64,000 nt of DNA, from assembly GCA_052387955.1 (NCBI GenBank), contig JBQTIQ010000008.1, forward strand, positions 4,553 to 68,552. The letters run 5' to 3'. The translations under genes were made by a program, and so were the position numbers. This DNA is from Acidimicrobiia bacterium. Lineage in GTDB: Bacteria > Actinomycetota > Acidimicrobiia > Acidimicrobiales > JACDCH01. The notes beneath the pieces were generated by a model. That model saw only the letters and a list, made by a program, of their open reading frames with translations. It searched no databases and was not told the DNA's origin. This document shows positions 53,963-63,128 of the stretch, one piece after another. Within the stretch, counting starts at the first letter, position 1. The number at the start of each line of letters is the position of its first letter.

Positions 53963-54244
53963 ATGGTCACCCTCACCGAGAATGCCGCCAGCGTCATCCG
54001 GGCGCTGGTCGACCGGCCCGAGCTGGGCGAGGACGCCGGCCTCCGGGTCGCCAGCCCGTCGAACGGCACGCAGGGCTTCGTCGTGTCGACCGCCCCGTCC
54101 CCTCAGGCCGGGGACGCCGTCGTCGATGACGACGGCGCCCGCGTCTTCCTCGAAGAGGCCGCCGCCGTCGCCCTGGAGGACAAGGTCCTCGACGCCCGGG
54201 TCAACGACGAGGGCGGCGTCGAGTTCCTCCTCGCCCTCAAGTAG
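53963..54244 (+). CDS. HesB/IscA-fold protein without cysteines
   Basis: MVTLTENAASVI...GLRV...GARVFL...LEDKVLD; RBS ggag. Confidence 0.75.
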   Translation: MVTLTENAASVIRALVDRPELGEDAGLRVASPSNGTQGFVVSTAPSPQAGDAVVDDDGARVFLEEAAAVALEDKVLDARVNDEGGVEFLLALK

Positions 54245-54368
54245 CGCCCGCGGCCCGGCGCCACGACAGATCTACCGCCGGCGCCGGACCGACTGCGGGC
54301 GGCACCGGTCCCCGGCGCGGTCCGCCCGGTCGACGACGAGAACGGCCGGGGTCGACCTGCGAGTTTAT

Positions 54369-54445
54369 TGGTCGGGGAGGCGGGATTTGAACCCACGACC
54401 TCTGCGTCCCGAACGCAGCGCGCTGCCAAACTGCGCCACTCCCCG
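54369..54445 (-). tRNA. tRNA-Pro(CGG)
   Basis: Cloverleaf; anticodon loop TTCGGGA; GGTTCAAATCC; encoded CCA. Confidence 0.96.
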
Positions 54446-54486
54446 GCGGAAGGGGAGACCCTAGTCGACCGGCGCCGGCGCTCCCG

Positions 54487-54600
54487 AAGCCGGTACTCGG
54501 CCGCCGCTACGCCGGCAGCTCGGCCGGGATGCCTTCGGTATAGAAGCCGGTACTCCGCCGCCGCTACGCCGGCAGCTCGGCCGGGATGCCTTCGGTATAG
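54487..54600. repeat. 57-bp tandem duplication with one mismatch
   Basis: Units start at 54487 and 54544 and duplicate the 3' end and stop of the response regulator. Confidence 0.92.
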
Positions 54601-54977
54601 GTGCCGCCCCGTTTGCGGAGCCGGTTGGCCGCCTCGCGCAGGCGGAGGGCGTCGAGCGGCTTGATCATCCATCCGTCGGCGCCGGATCGCCGGGCCAGGA
54701 AGACGTCGGCGGTGCGGTCGAGGAGGATCAGGATCGGGACCTGGGGCAATCGTCCGACGCCGGCATCGAGGCGCAACGCCATGCACGTGGCGATGCCGCC
54801 CATGTTGCCGACCTGCATGTCGAGCAGCACCAGCGTCGGGGTGGCCTTGGCCACCTCGGCCGGCACTTCGCTGCCGTGGCGCACCCAGCGAATGGGCATG
54901 TCAGGGGCACCGAGGGCGGCTTCGACCTCGGCGTGCACCCAGGCGGCGTCGGTGGCCAACAGGACTGACGGCTTCAC
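54564..54977 (-). CDS. atypical stand-alone response regulator receiver
   Basis: LLDMQVGNMGG, ADGWMIKPLD; acidic pocket reduced (LATDA); start uncertain. Confidence 0.8.
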   Translation of the reverse strand: MKPSVLLATDAAWVHAEVEAALGAPDMPIRWVRHGSEVPAEVAKATPTLVLLDMQVGNMGGIATCMALRLDAGVGRLPQVPILILLDRTADVFLARRSGADGWMIKPLDALRLREAANRLRKRGGTYTEGIPAELPA

Positions 54978-55105
54978 CTTGGTGTCGATCCTGGCCACGG
55001 GCGGCAGGCTACTCCGAGGCATGAGGTCGGGCGCTCGGGGGAGTCTCCCTCCGGCGGGCTGGCTACGATCAGTCGGCGGCGCCGAAACCCCTAAGGAGAC
55101 GACGC

Positions 55106-55498
55106 GTGCTTGAAATCGAGGTGGAGCAGTCCAGCGACGTCGTCGTCTGTCGTCCCGTTGGCGAGCTCGACGCCTACACCGTCGGCCAGTTCCGGGAGAA
55201 GTTGGCCGAGCTGGCCACTTCGCCCCGACTGCTCATCGACCTGTCGTCGGTGCCCTTCATGGACTCGGCCGGGCTCGGGGCACTCATCGGCGGTATCCGC
55301 CGGGCACGGGAGGCGGGGGGCGACGTGGCTGTCGCCTGCAGCCGGCCAACCTTGACCCGCCTGTTGCACACCACCGGCTTCGACCGGATCGTCCCGGTGG
55401 CCGACACCGTCGAGGCGGCCACGGCGGCGCTGAACGCGGTGGGCGACGACGAGACGCCGGCCACGCCCGGCATCGAGGCGCGGCGCCGGCCCTACTGA
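55106..55498 (+). CDS. STAS anti-sigma-factor antagonist (RsbV/BldG-like)
   Basis: GELDAYT, DLSSVPFMDSAGLGAL; RBS aaggag. Confidence 0.9.
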   Translation: MLEIEVEQSSDVVVCRPVGELDAYTVGQFREKLAELATSPRLLIDLSSVPFMDSAGLGALIGGIRRAREAGGDVAVACSRPTLTRLLHTTGFDRIVPVADTVEAATAALNAVGDDETPATPGIEARRRPY

Positions 55499-55523
55499 GG
55501 CGCGCCGAGAACGAGCGCACCCC

Positions 55524-55561
55524 TCGACAGCGCGAGCGCCAGCTCGCCCGAGGACGATGGG
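55524..55561 (-). repeat. intergenic repeat family A, partial copy
   Basis: tcgacagcgcgagcgccagctcgcccgaggacgatggg. Confidence 0.7.
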
Positions 55562-55633
55562 CATGGGCGGGGCCGGTAGCCGCACACGATGGGACCGGTG
55601 CCGGCCGTCGCCGCCGGCGTCCGCCAGCTCGAG

Positions 55634-56779
55634 CTACGGCTCGATGCCCGGCGTCACCGGCGTGAACAGGTAGCGGCCGATCTCGAGCAGCCCGTCGAGG
55701 TCGTGCACGTCGTCACGCAGGAAGGGGACCCTCACCACCGGGGCCGGCGCCACCTTTTCGGCGAGCCCGACGAGGTGGCCCTCCTCGGCGTCGGCGACGA
55801 GGCGGAAGTCGGCCAGGTTGGCGTACAGGCTGTCGATCGCGCTGCCTTCGGCCGCGGCACGCAGGTCGGCGGCGCCGATGTCCCCCTTCCCGAAGCGGGG
55901 GTGCATGCGGTTGACGATGAGGGCCCGGACGTCGATGCCGGCCTCGGCCAGCTTCACCGCGAAGTAGTCGGCCTCGTCGACCGTGTCGCGGCGGGGCGCG
56001 GTGACGAGGACGAAGGCGGTGACCGGTGACACCAGCAGCTCGAAGACGAAGTTCGCTCTGACCTTGAACCCCTGCTCCATGCCGGCGAAGGCGCCGAAGA
56101 ACGTGATGACGTCGTCGATGACGGCGCTGCCGACCACTTTCGCCAGCGTCCGTACGAAGGCCTGGGCGGCGATGTTGGCCGCCTTCATGAGGCCCCGGCT
56201 CGGGGCCATCAGCACCCGGTAGAAGCGATGGTCGAGGAAGCGGGTCAGCCGGCGGGGCGCGTCGATGAAGTCGAGGGCGTGGCGGGTGGGCGGCGTGTCC
56301 ACCACCACCAGGTCGAAGGCGTTGTCCTGGTGGAGCTCGTAGAGCTTCTCCATGGCCATGTACTCCTGGGTGCCCGACAGGGCCCCGGAGATGTTGCGGT
56401 AGAAGGGGTTGGCGAGGATGCGCCCGGCCTGGTCGGGATCAGCCGAGTGCTTGACCACCAACTCGTCGAACGTCGACTTGGTGTCGAGCATGAGCGCCCA
56501 CAACTCGCCGGGCCAGTCGCCGTCGATCTTCGCCGGCTTGTTGGTGAGGCCGGCCAGCCCGAGGGCGTCGGCCAGCCGCTTGGCCGGGTCGATGGTGACG
56601 ACCACCGCCCGCTGGCCCCGCCGGCACCCCTCCAGAGCCAGGGCGGCGGCAGTGGTGGTCTTGCCCACGCCTCCCGAGCCGGCGGTCACGATGATGCGCG
56701 CCGTGGTGAGGAGGTCCCCCAGCGGGTCGGACGATGCCGGCGCTGCCGCTGCGGCGTCGGCCTCGGTGGTCTCCGACAT
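55634..56779 (-). CDS. ArsA/Get3-family ATPase (Rv3680-like)
   Basis: GSGGVGKTT, TIDPAKRLA, SGTQEYMAMEKL, DTPPT. Confidence 0.88.
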   Translation of the reverse strand: MSETTEADAAAAAPASSDPLGDLLTTARIIVTAGSGGVGKTTTAAALALEGCRRGQRAVVVTIDPAKRLADALGLAGLTNKPAKIDGDWPGELWALMLDTKSTFDELVVKHSADPDQAGRILANPFYRNISGALSGTQEYMAMEKLYELHQDNAFDLVVVDTPPTRHALDFIDAPRRLTRFLDHRFYRVLMAPSRGLMKAANIAAQAFVRTLAKVVGSAVIDDVITFFGAFAGMEQGFKVRANFVFELLVSPVTAFVLVTAPRRDTVDEADYFAVKLAEAGIDVRALIVNRMHPRFGKGDIGAADLRAAAEGSAIDSLYANLADFRLVADAEEGHLVGLAEKVAPAPVVRVPFLRDDVHDLDGLLEIGRYLFTPVTPGIEP

Positions 56780-57750
56780 CAACGGTCTGCCGCCGACAGG
56801 GCCCGCACCCCGTCGAGAAGGTCGCCGGCCAGCGTCTCGAGGTCGTCGGGGCCGAGGTCGGTCCGGAAGAGGTGGGGGAGGTGCAGTTGGGGCAGGGGGA
56901 GCTGGGCCGCCAACCGCGCGACCTGTTCGCGCTGGAGGCCCATGCGGTGCATGCGGAAGGCGGCGGCGGCGGATAGGGCCTCGGCGTCGCGACGGTTGAG
57001 ATCGATGCCAGCATCGCCGGCCGCCTCGAAGGGATCGGAGCCGAGGCCTTCCCGGGCGGGGTACAGGCTGTTCACGACGACCGGGCCCAGGCTCACTCCG
57101 ACCCGGTCCTCCAGGTGGTACGCGGTGTCGACCAGCTCGTTGACGGGCGTCTCCTCCGGCAAGGTGACCAGGATCACCTGGCAGCGGCTGGGGTCCGTGA
57201 GCATCTCGAGCACGTCGCGGGCTTGGGTGTTGATGGGCCCGGCCCGGACGGCTTCGAGCAGGGCCCGGGCCGAGAGGAGGAACGTGATGGCGTGGCCCGC
57301 CGCCGGAGCATCGAGGATGATGAGGTCCACCTCGCCGGCCCGTTCCAGCTGCTTGACCTTGCCCAGGACGAGCAGGTCCTTGATGCCAGGCGCGGCGGTG
57401 GCGACGACGTCGAGCGCCCCGCTCGACACCAGGCGCCTGGTGATGCGCACGAGCCCGTGGCTGCGCAGGTACTCGACCAGGGCGTCGTCAGGGGTGAGTG
57501 CCCGGCCGAGGATCGGCGGCGTTGCGCCCGGGCCCCCGCCCGGGAACAGCTCGATGGGGTCGTAGGAGAGCGGCTCCTGTCCGAACACCGACGCCAGCCC
57601 GCTCTGGCCCTCCACCTCGACGATCAGGGTGGAGAGGCCCGACAACGAAGCGGCCCGAGCCAGGGCCGCGCTCACGGTCGTCTTGCCCACGCCGCCCTTC
57701 CCGGCCACGATGACGAGCCGGGATGCAGCGAAGAACTGCGCTGGATCCAC
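56779..57750 (-). CDS. ArsA/Get3-family ATPase (Rv3679-like)
   Basis: GKGGVGKTT, APGIKDLLVLGKVK, DAPAAGH, EETPVNE; TGATG coupling to the next gene. Confidence 0.88.
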   Translation of the reverse strand: MDPAQFFAASRLVIVAGKGGVGKTTVSAALARAASLSGLSTLIVEVEGQSGLASVFGQEPLSYDPIELFPGGGPGATPPILGRALTPDDALVEYLRSHGLVRITRRLVSSGALDVVATAAPGIKDLLVLGKVKQLERAGEVDLIILDAPAAGHAITFLLSARALLEAVRAGPINTQARDVLEMLTDPSRCQVILVTLPEETPVNELVDTAYHLEDRVGVSLGPVVVNSLYPAREGLGSDPFEAAGDAGIDLNRRDAEALSAAAAFRMHRMGLQREQVARLAAQLPLPQLHLPHLFRTDLGPDDLETLAGDLLDGVRALSAADR

Positions 57751-57772
57751 GGTCAACCCTTCGGAGTGAGCG

Positions 57773-59032
57773 GTGCGCAGACTATCCAGACGGGTCGCGC
57801 TCGGGGTGGTCCTCGTCGCCTTGGCTTCGCCGCCCGGAGGGGGCACGGCCGGCGCCTCGGGCCGACAGGACGAGCCCCCGGCGGACCTGCCCGTCGTCGA
57901 CGTCGTGCAGGTCACCGGGTACGTCGACCCGATCGTGGTGGACTTCCTGGAGCGGTCGCTCTCCGACGCCGAACAGCGGGGCGCGCTTGCCTTCGTCGTT
58001 CAGCTCGACAGCCCGGGAGCTGTGGTCGGAGGCGAACGCTTCGACCGCCTGGTGCAGCGGGTGGCGGACGCCGGAGTGCCCGTGGGCGTCTGGGTCGGCC
58101 CCTCGGGGGCCGAGGCGGCGGGACAGGTGGCCGAGCTGGTCGCGGCCGGCGACTTCCGGGCCCTGGCCCCCGGCAGCCGGCTGCAGATCGCCGACGGCGA
58201 CCGCATCGGCCCCGACGACGCGCTGCGCACCGGCCGCACAAACGTCGGCAGCACCTGCGACCGAGAACGGGGCTCGACCGAAGGGTGCGCCGCCACCCTC
58301 GGCGATTTCATCGTCAGTCTGGGCGTACCCACCCGAGAGGTCACCCGGGACGACGGCCAGACCCGGGTCGAGCCCGACGTACGGGCACGGTTCCGTCAGC
58401 TCAGCCTCGGCGACCGGCTCATGCATACCGTCGCCAGCCCTCCCATGGCCTACCTCCTGGTGGTCACGGGCATGGTGCTGCTGCTCTTCGAGCTCTTCAC
58501 CGCCGGGATCGGGGTGGCCGGCGCGGTCGGGGCGCTGGCCTTCCTGCTCGGGTGCTTCGGCATGGGCTCGCTGCCGGTGCGCCCTGCCGGCCTCGCCCTT
58601 CTCGGCCTGGCCATGTTCGGCTACGCGGTCGACGTGCAGACCGGAGCGCCCCGCCTGTGGACGGGCATCGCCACGGTTTCGTTCGTGACCGGGTCCGTGG
58701 TCCTCTACGACGGCGTGGCCCTGTCGTGGATCACGCTCGGGATCGCAGTGGTCGGTATCACGCTGGCGATGATCGCGGGCATGCCGGCCATGGTCCGCGC
58801 CCGGTTCTCGACCCCGACGATCGGTCGGGAATGGATGATCGGTGAGGACGGCCAGGCCAGCACGCCCCTGGCGCCCGAGGGGATCGTGACCGTGCGCGGT
58901 GCACCATGGCGGGCCCGCACCAACCGGGCCACTCCGATCGAAGCGGGCATGACGGTCCGTGTCGCCTCCATCGAGGGCCTGGTGCTCGAAGTGGAGCCTC
59001 TCGAAGGCGCCGCCCGCGACTACCGTCACTGA
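57773..59032 (+). CDS. NfeD-family membrane protein (long form)
   Basis: QLDSPG, PVGVWVGPSG, TM region LFELFTAG, C-terminal OB-fold GAPWRAR. Confidence 0.82.
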   Translation: MRRLSRRVALGVVLVALASPPGGGTAGASGRQDEPPADLPVVDVVQVTGYVDPIVVDFLERSLSDAEQRGALAFVVQLDSPGAVVGGERFDRLVQRVADAGVPVGVWVGPSGAEAAGQVAELVAAGDFRALAPGSRLQIADGDRIGPDDALRTGRTNVGSTCDRERGSTEGCAATLGDFIVSLGVPTREVTRDDGQTRVEPDVRARFRQLSLGDRLMHTVASPPMAYLLVVTGMVLLLFELFTAGIGVAGAVGALAFLLGCFGMGSLPVRPAGLALLGLAMFGYAVDVQTGAPRLWTGIATVSFVTGSVVLYDGVALSWITLGIAVVGITLAMIAGMPAMVRARFSTPTIGREWMIGEDGQASTPLAPEGIVTVRGAPWRARTNRATPIEAGMTVRVASIEGLVLEVEPLEGAARDYRH

Positions 59033-59056
59033 ACTGCCGACGGCCGGCGCTAAGTG

Positions 59057-59117
59057 TCGCGATCGGTTTGATCGCGAAAGTTACCCCTTGTACCTCTGTG
59101 ACCGCCGGGCGTAAGTT
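59057..59117 (+). promoter_or_regulatory. whiB promoter (TTGTAC-18-TAAGTT) with upstream palindrome tcgcgatc-N5-gatcgcga
   Basis: Read directly from the sequence. Confidence 0.5.
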
Positions 59118-59141
59118 CCGCGCCGACAAGGGGGAATCGGG

Positions 59142-59408
59142 GTGAGCGCACTTCATAGCGACGACTCCTGGCAAGTAAGAGCGGCCTGTCGGGGACCGCA
59201 GTCAGCGGTGTTCTTCCCGCCGTCGCACTTCGAGCGGAAGGACGAGAAGCTCGATCGGGAGCGCCGGGCCAAGGCGATCTGCGCCACGTGCTCTGTCCGT
59301 CAACCCTGCTTCGAGTACGCCGTCAAGATCAGGGAGCCCCACGGCATCTGGGGTGGCGCCAACGAGGTCGAGCGCAAACAGGTCATTGCCCACCGCGGCC
59401 TCGGCTGA
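59142..59408 (+). CDS. whiB: WhiB-family Fe-S transcription factor
   Basis: Four Cys (C...CxxC...C) and GIWGG. Confidence 0.93.
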   Translation: MSALHSDDSWQVRAACRGPQSAVFFPPSHFERKDEKLDRERRAKAICATCSVRQPCFEYAVKIREPHGIWGGANEVERKQVIAHRGLG

Positions 59409-61170
59409 GACGGGCCGGCTGGTCCGCGGCGGGCGCAGGGAGGCGAGGGCCGGCGACCCGGAGGTCACCACGTCGGCGGGTAACGCCTTCGGCATCGAGG
59501 CGGGCCAGTAGCGGCACCGCCCACTTGCGGCTCGTCGCCAGCGCGGTCCGGACCTCGGCCACGGTCACCCCGGCCTCGGCTCCCGCCAGCAGCTCCGCCA
59601 CCCGGCCGGCGGCGGCGGCGAGGGCTGAGGGGGCGAAGTAGACGCCGTCCTGTTCCACCACCAGCCCTCGGCGCACCATCTCCCGTAGCTCGGCCCGGTC
59701 GACCCCGGCCGTCGCAGGATCAGGCGGGTCGAAGGGGTGCCGCTGCAGGCTGGCCAGGTACGGGTGGCGGGCGAGCGGCTCGTCGCCTTCGCCGCCCACG
59801 GTCGCCCGGCCCCCGACGACGGCGATCCCTTCGGTGGCCGACAACCCGTCGAGGGCCGCCCGGCCCTGCTCGTCGAGGGTGGCGACGTCGAGGCCGAGAG
59901 GCCCGGCCGAGGCGATGGCGCGGCGCAGGGCCGTCCGGGCTGCGCCCAGGGCCTGGGCGTCGACGACCCACCGTCCTGCGGTGGGCGCCAGTCGGGCCCC
60001 GGTGAGCCGTTCGAGCTCGTCGGCGTCGACCCAGCCCCGCTCGGCGACCACCCGCTCCACCCGACGGTCGGGCGACGCCTTGGACGGGGCCCGGACCGGG
60101 TCGACGTCGAGCACCTCGCCGCCGCCGATCGTCTCGGCCCGGCCCGACTCTCGCAGCACGTAGCGGTCACCGGGCAGCAGGGGCAGTCCGGCCGGGAGGT
60201 AGAGACGGACCAGGCCCGAAGCCCCGGGGCCGAGCGCCGGCCCCAGGACCCGCAACCGCACCGGGTACTCGCCGGAGCCGACGTAGGCCACGTAGGCGCC
60301 CCGGCGGGACACGTCATGGCCGAGGGCCTCGAGCACCGTCAACGAGGCGTCGACCGTCCCGGACACGTGCCACTGGCCGGGCCTCACCACGGCGTCGCCC
60401 CGCGCCACCTCCTCGTGGTGCAGGCCGGCGAGGTTCATCGCGGCCCGGCTCCCGGGCCCGAGCGTGGCCTGGGGCTCGCCGCCCGACTGCAGGCCCCGTA
60501 CCCGTGCCCGCCGCACGCCCGAGGCCGACACCACCGCGACGTCGTCGTCGACCCGCAGGCTGCCGCCGGCCAGCGTCCCGGTCACCACCGTCCCCGCCCC
60601 GGGGGCGGCAAAGCTGCGGTCGACCCACAGGCGGGGCCGGTCCCGGTCGGCCGGCGCCGGCGTCGCCGACACCAGACGGTCGAGGGCCAGCCGAAGAGGA
60701 CCGAGGCCCACGCCGGAGACGGCGTCGACTGCGACCACCTCGGCCCGGTCCAGGAACGAGCCCGCCGTCCGCGTCACCACGTCGAGCTGCGCCAGCTCGA
60801 CGTCGTCGGCCCCGACGAGGCCCACCTTGGTGAGAGCGACCACACCGGCGGCGACACCGAGCAGATCGAGGATGCGCAGATGCTCTTCGGACTGCGGTTT
60901 CCAGCCCTCGGTGGCGGCCACCACGAACAGGCAGGCGTCGACGGCGCCCACGCCGGCCAGCATGTTCTTGAGGAAGCGGACGTGGCCGGGGACGTCGACG
61001 AAGGCGACGCTGCGGCCCGACGGGAGCGTCGCCCAGGCGAACCCCAGGTCTATGGTGAGGCCCCGGCGCTTCTCTTCCTGGAAGCGGTCGGGGTCGATGC
61101 CGGTGAGCGCCCGGACCAGCGTCGATTTTCCGTGGTCGACGTGCCCGGCGGTGGCGACCGGCCGCCTCAC
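59383..61170 (-). CDS. selB: selenocysteine-specific elongation factor
   Basis: TAGHVDHGKSTL, RGLTIDLGF, DVPGH, C-terminal SRKWAVPLL...TRRRGDLR. Confidence 0.93.
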   Translation of the reverse strand: MRRPVATAGHVDHGKSTLVRALTGIDPDRFQEEKRRGLTIDLGFAWATLPSGRSVAFVDVPGHVRFLKNMLAGVGAVDACLFVVAATEGWKPQSEEHLRILDLLGVAAGVVALTKVGLVGADDVELAQLDVVTRTAGSFLDRAEVVAVDAVSGVGLGPLRLALDRLVSATPAPADRDRPRLWVDRSFAAPGAGTVVTGTLAGGSLRVDDDVAVVSASGVRRARVRGLQSGGEPQATLGPGSRAAMNLAGLHHEEVARGDAVVRPGQWHVSGTVDASLTVLEALGHDVSRRGAYVAYVGSGEYPVRLRVLGPALGPGASGLVRLYLPAGLPLLPGDRYVLRESGRAETIGGGEVLDVDPVRAPSKASPDRRVERVVAERGWVDADELERLTGARLAPTAGRWVVDAQALGAARTALRRAIASAGPLGLDVATLDEQGRAALDGLSATEGIAVVGGRATVGGEGDEPLARHPYLASLQRHPFDPPDPATAGVDRAELREMVRRGLVVEQDGVYFAPSALAAAAGRVAELLAGAEAGVTVAEVRTALATSRKWAVPLLARLDAEGVTRRRGDLRVAGPRLPAPAADQPARLSRGRGGQ

Positions 61171-61616
61171 TCGGTCCTCAGGAACCACTGCCTCACTTCT
61201 CGGTTGAACTGGAGCAGGTACACCACGGCGGCGGCGACCACGAACGACAACAAGAGCAGCGGTGCGTAGACCGCGGTGGCCACCATCACCGCGATGAGGG
61301 CGATGCGGGCACGGTTGTCGCGACGGAGCAGGGCGAGGCACAGGCCGGTCTCGACCACGGCCGCAGCCAACAGGATGTAGGCGCCGGTGCGGACCCGGCC
61401 CGGGTTGGTGACCACCTTGGGCTCGATCGGGAGGGGCGGGCCGGCGTCGGGGGACGTCGTCGTGGTGGTCGACTGGTTGGCCTTCTCGTTCGCCTTGCGG
61501 GCGTACTCGTCGGCGTTGAGCAGGCTCGCCAACGCCAGGGCGACCAGGAGGCCAGCTTGGAAGACCACGATGGCCACGGCGATCGTGAGGGGCCGGGGGC
61601 GCGGGACCGTTGCCAT
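61167..61616 (-). CDS. hypothetical membrane protein (about 4 TM)
   Basis: Hydrophobic segments and a Thr-rich loop; GTGA overlap with the selB start. Confidence 0.65.
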   Translation of the reverse strand: MATVPRPRPLTIAVAIVVFQAGLLVALALASLLNADEYARKANEKANQSTTTTTSPDAGPPLPIEPKVVTNPGRVRTGAYILLAAAVVETGLCLALLRRDNRARIALIAVMVATAVYAPLLLLSFVVAAAVVYLLQFNREVRQWFLRTE

Positions 61617-61643
61617 TGCTCGATCCTGCCAGTGTTCTCCGTA

Positions 61644-61696
61644 GGGCTGCGCCCCACACCCATCGCCGCCGGGCTCGCTGGCGCTCGCGCCGTCGG
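61644..61696 (+). repeat. intergenic repeat family A copy
   Basis: gggctgcgccccacacccatcgccgccgggctcgctggcgctcgcgccgtcgg. Confidence 0.85.
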
Positions 61697-61722
61697 TCTG
61701 GAGCGCGGGCTGCGCTCGCACG

Positions 61723-63006
61723 TCAACGAACTATTGAGCCCAGCGAACGGAGGGCGCTGATGAGCGCCTCGTCGTCGGCCGGGTCCACCGTTCGCAGGTC
61801 GAGCACCGTCTGCCCCGCCTCAATCCGGGCCACGACGGGCATAGGGAAAGCCTGGCGCAGGGTCGCGGTGACGTCGCCGGCGACGGCGATCCCCGCCGAC
61901 GGCAACTCGGTGCCGGGCAGCGTGCCTCCGCCGGTCACCGACGCACAGTCGACGACCGCACCCACCCCCGCCGTCCCCACCACGGCCGCGGCCCGGGCCC
62001 GGAGGCCGGCGACCGGGGCGGTGGCCATCCGCCAGAACGCGAGGGCGGCACCGTCGCGTCCGAGATAGGCCAACGCGACCTGCTGCAGGGCCGCCAGCAC
62101 CAACCCGCCGGGACGCAGCGCCCGGTACAGGCGGTGACCGGCACAGGCGTCGACGAGATCGGCCCGCCCGGCCACGATGCCGGCCTGGGGCCCGCCCAGG
62201 AGCTTGTCGCCGGAGAACACCACCAGGGCGGCGCCGGCGGCCAAGGTCTGGCGGGCGGCGGGCTCGTGCCCCAGCCATTCCGGGGGCCCGTCCGGCAGCC
62301 ACCCACAGGCGGCGTCGAGCAGCCCCGACCCGAGGTCGACGACCAGCGGCGGGCCGACCGTGGCCAGCACGCCGACGGCCACCTCTTCGGTGAACCCGCT
62401 GATGCGGTAGTTCGAGCGGTGGACCTTGAGCACCACCGCCACGTCGGCGCCAGGGGCGGCGACGGCAGCCTCGTAGTCGTCTCTCCGGGTGCGGTTGGTG
62501 GTGCCCACCTCGACCAGGCGGGCACCGGACTCGGCCATGACGTCGGGGACCCGGAACCCGCCCCCGATCTCCACCAGCTCGCCCCGGCTCACCACGACGT
62601 CGCGGTCCCGGGCCAGGGCGGCCAGCACCAGCAGCACGGCGGCGGCGCCGTTGTTGACCACGAGGGCGGCTTCGGCGCCGCAGGCCCGGGCCAACAACGT
62701 CCCCGCGTGGTCACGACGCGAACCCCGCCGGCCCCCGGCCACGTCGAATTCGAGGTTCGTGTACGCCGCCGGCACGTGGACGGCGAGGGGCGCCCGGCCC
62801 AGGTTGGTGTGCAGCAGCACGCCGGTGGCGTTGACGACGGGCCGGAGCAGGGCGGCGGCGACGGGCGCGGCCGCGGCCTGGGCCCGGCCCGGGGCACCCG
62901 CCGCGATCGCCCGCCGGGCGGCGTCGACCAGCAACGGATGGGGCAAACCGGTGCCGACGATCGACCGGGCCAGCGCGTCGACCGACGGCGGTCGATCGGG
63001 TATCAA
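61723..63006 (-). CDS. selA: L-seryl-tRNA(Sec) selenium transferase
   Basis: VNATGVLLHTNLGRAP, EIGGGFR, GTTNRT, FSGDKLLGGPQ; TTG start inferred from a TACCCT -10 box. Confidence 0.93.
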   Translation of the reverse strand: MIPDRPPSVDALARSIVGTGLPHPLLVDAARRAIAAGAPGRAQAAAAPVAAALLRPVVNATGVLLHTNLGRAPLAVHVPAAYTNLEFDVAGGRRGSRRDHAGTLLARACGAEAALVVNNGAAAVLLVLAALARDRDVVVSRGELVEIGGGFRVPDVMAESGARLVEVGTTNRTRRDDYEAAVAAPGADVAVVLKVHRSNYRISGFTEEVAVGVLATVGPPLVVDLGSGLLDAACGWLPDGPPEWLGHEPAARQTLAAGAALVVFSGDKLLGGPQAGIVAGRADLVDACAGHRLYRALRPGGLVLAALQQVALAYLGRDGAALAFWRMATAPVAGLRARAAAVVGTAGVGAVVDCASVTGGGTLPGTELPSAGIAVAGDVTATLRQAFPMPVVARIEAGQTVLDLRTVDPADDEALISALRSLGSIVR

Positions 63007-63128
63007 CGGCGAGAGGGTACTTGTTGGCCCGGCGGTAGTTGCCGGGGCCGATGCCACGATAGGAACATCATGTGCTGATGTTGGCGGCGATGGTGTCGAG
63101 CTTCTCCACGCATGGGAACGTGTAGGCC

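Noticed and set aside
54345-54368. att-site remnant after tRNA-Pro
   Set aside because: No duplicated tRNA 3' end or integrase nearby
59383-63057. tRNA-Sec or a selenoprotein gene near selAB
   Set aside because: No UCA-anticodon cloverleaf and no UGA-interrupted CDS recognised by eye
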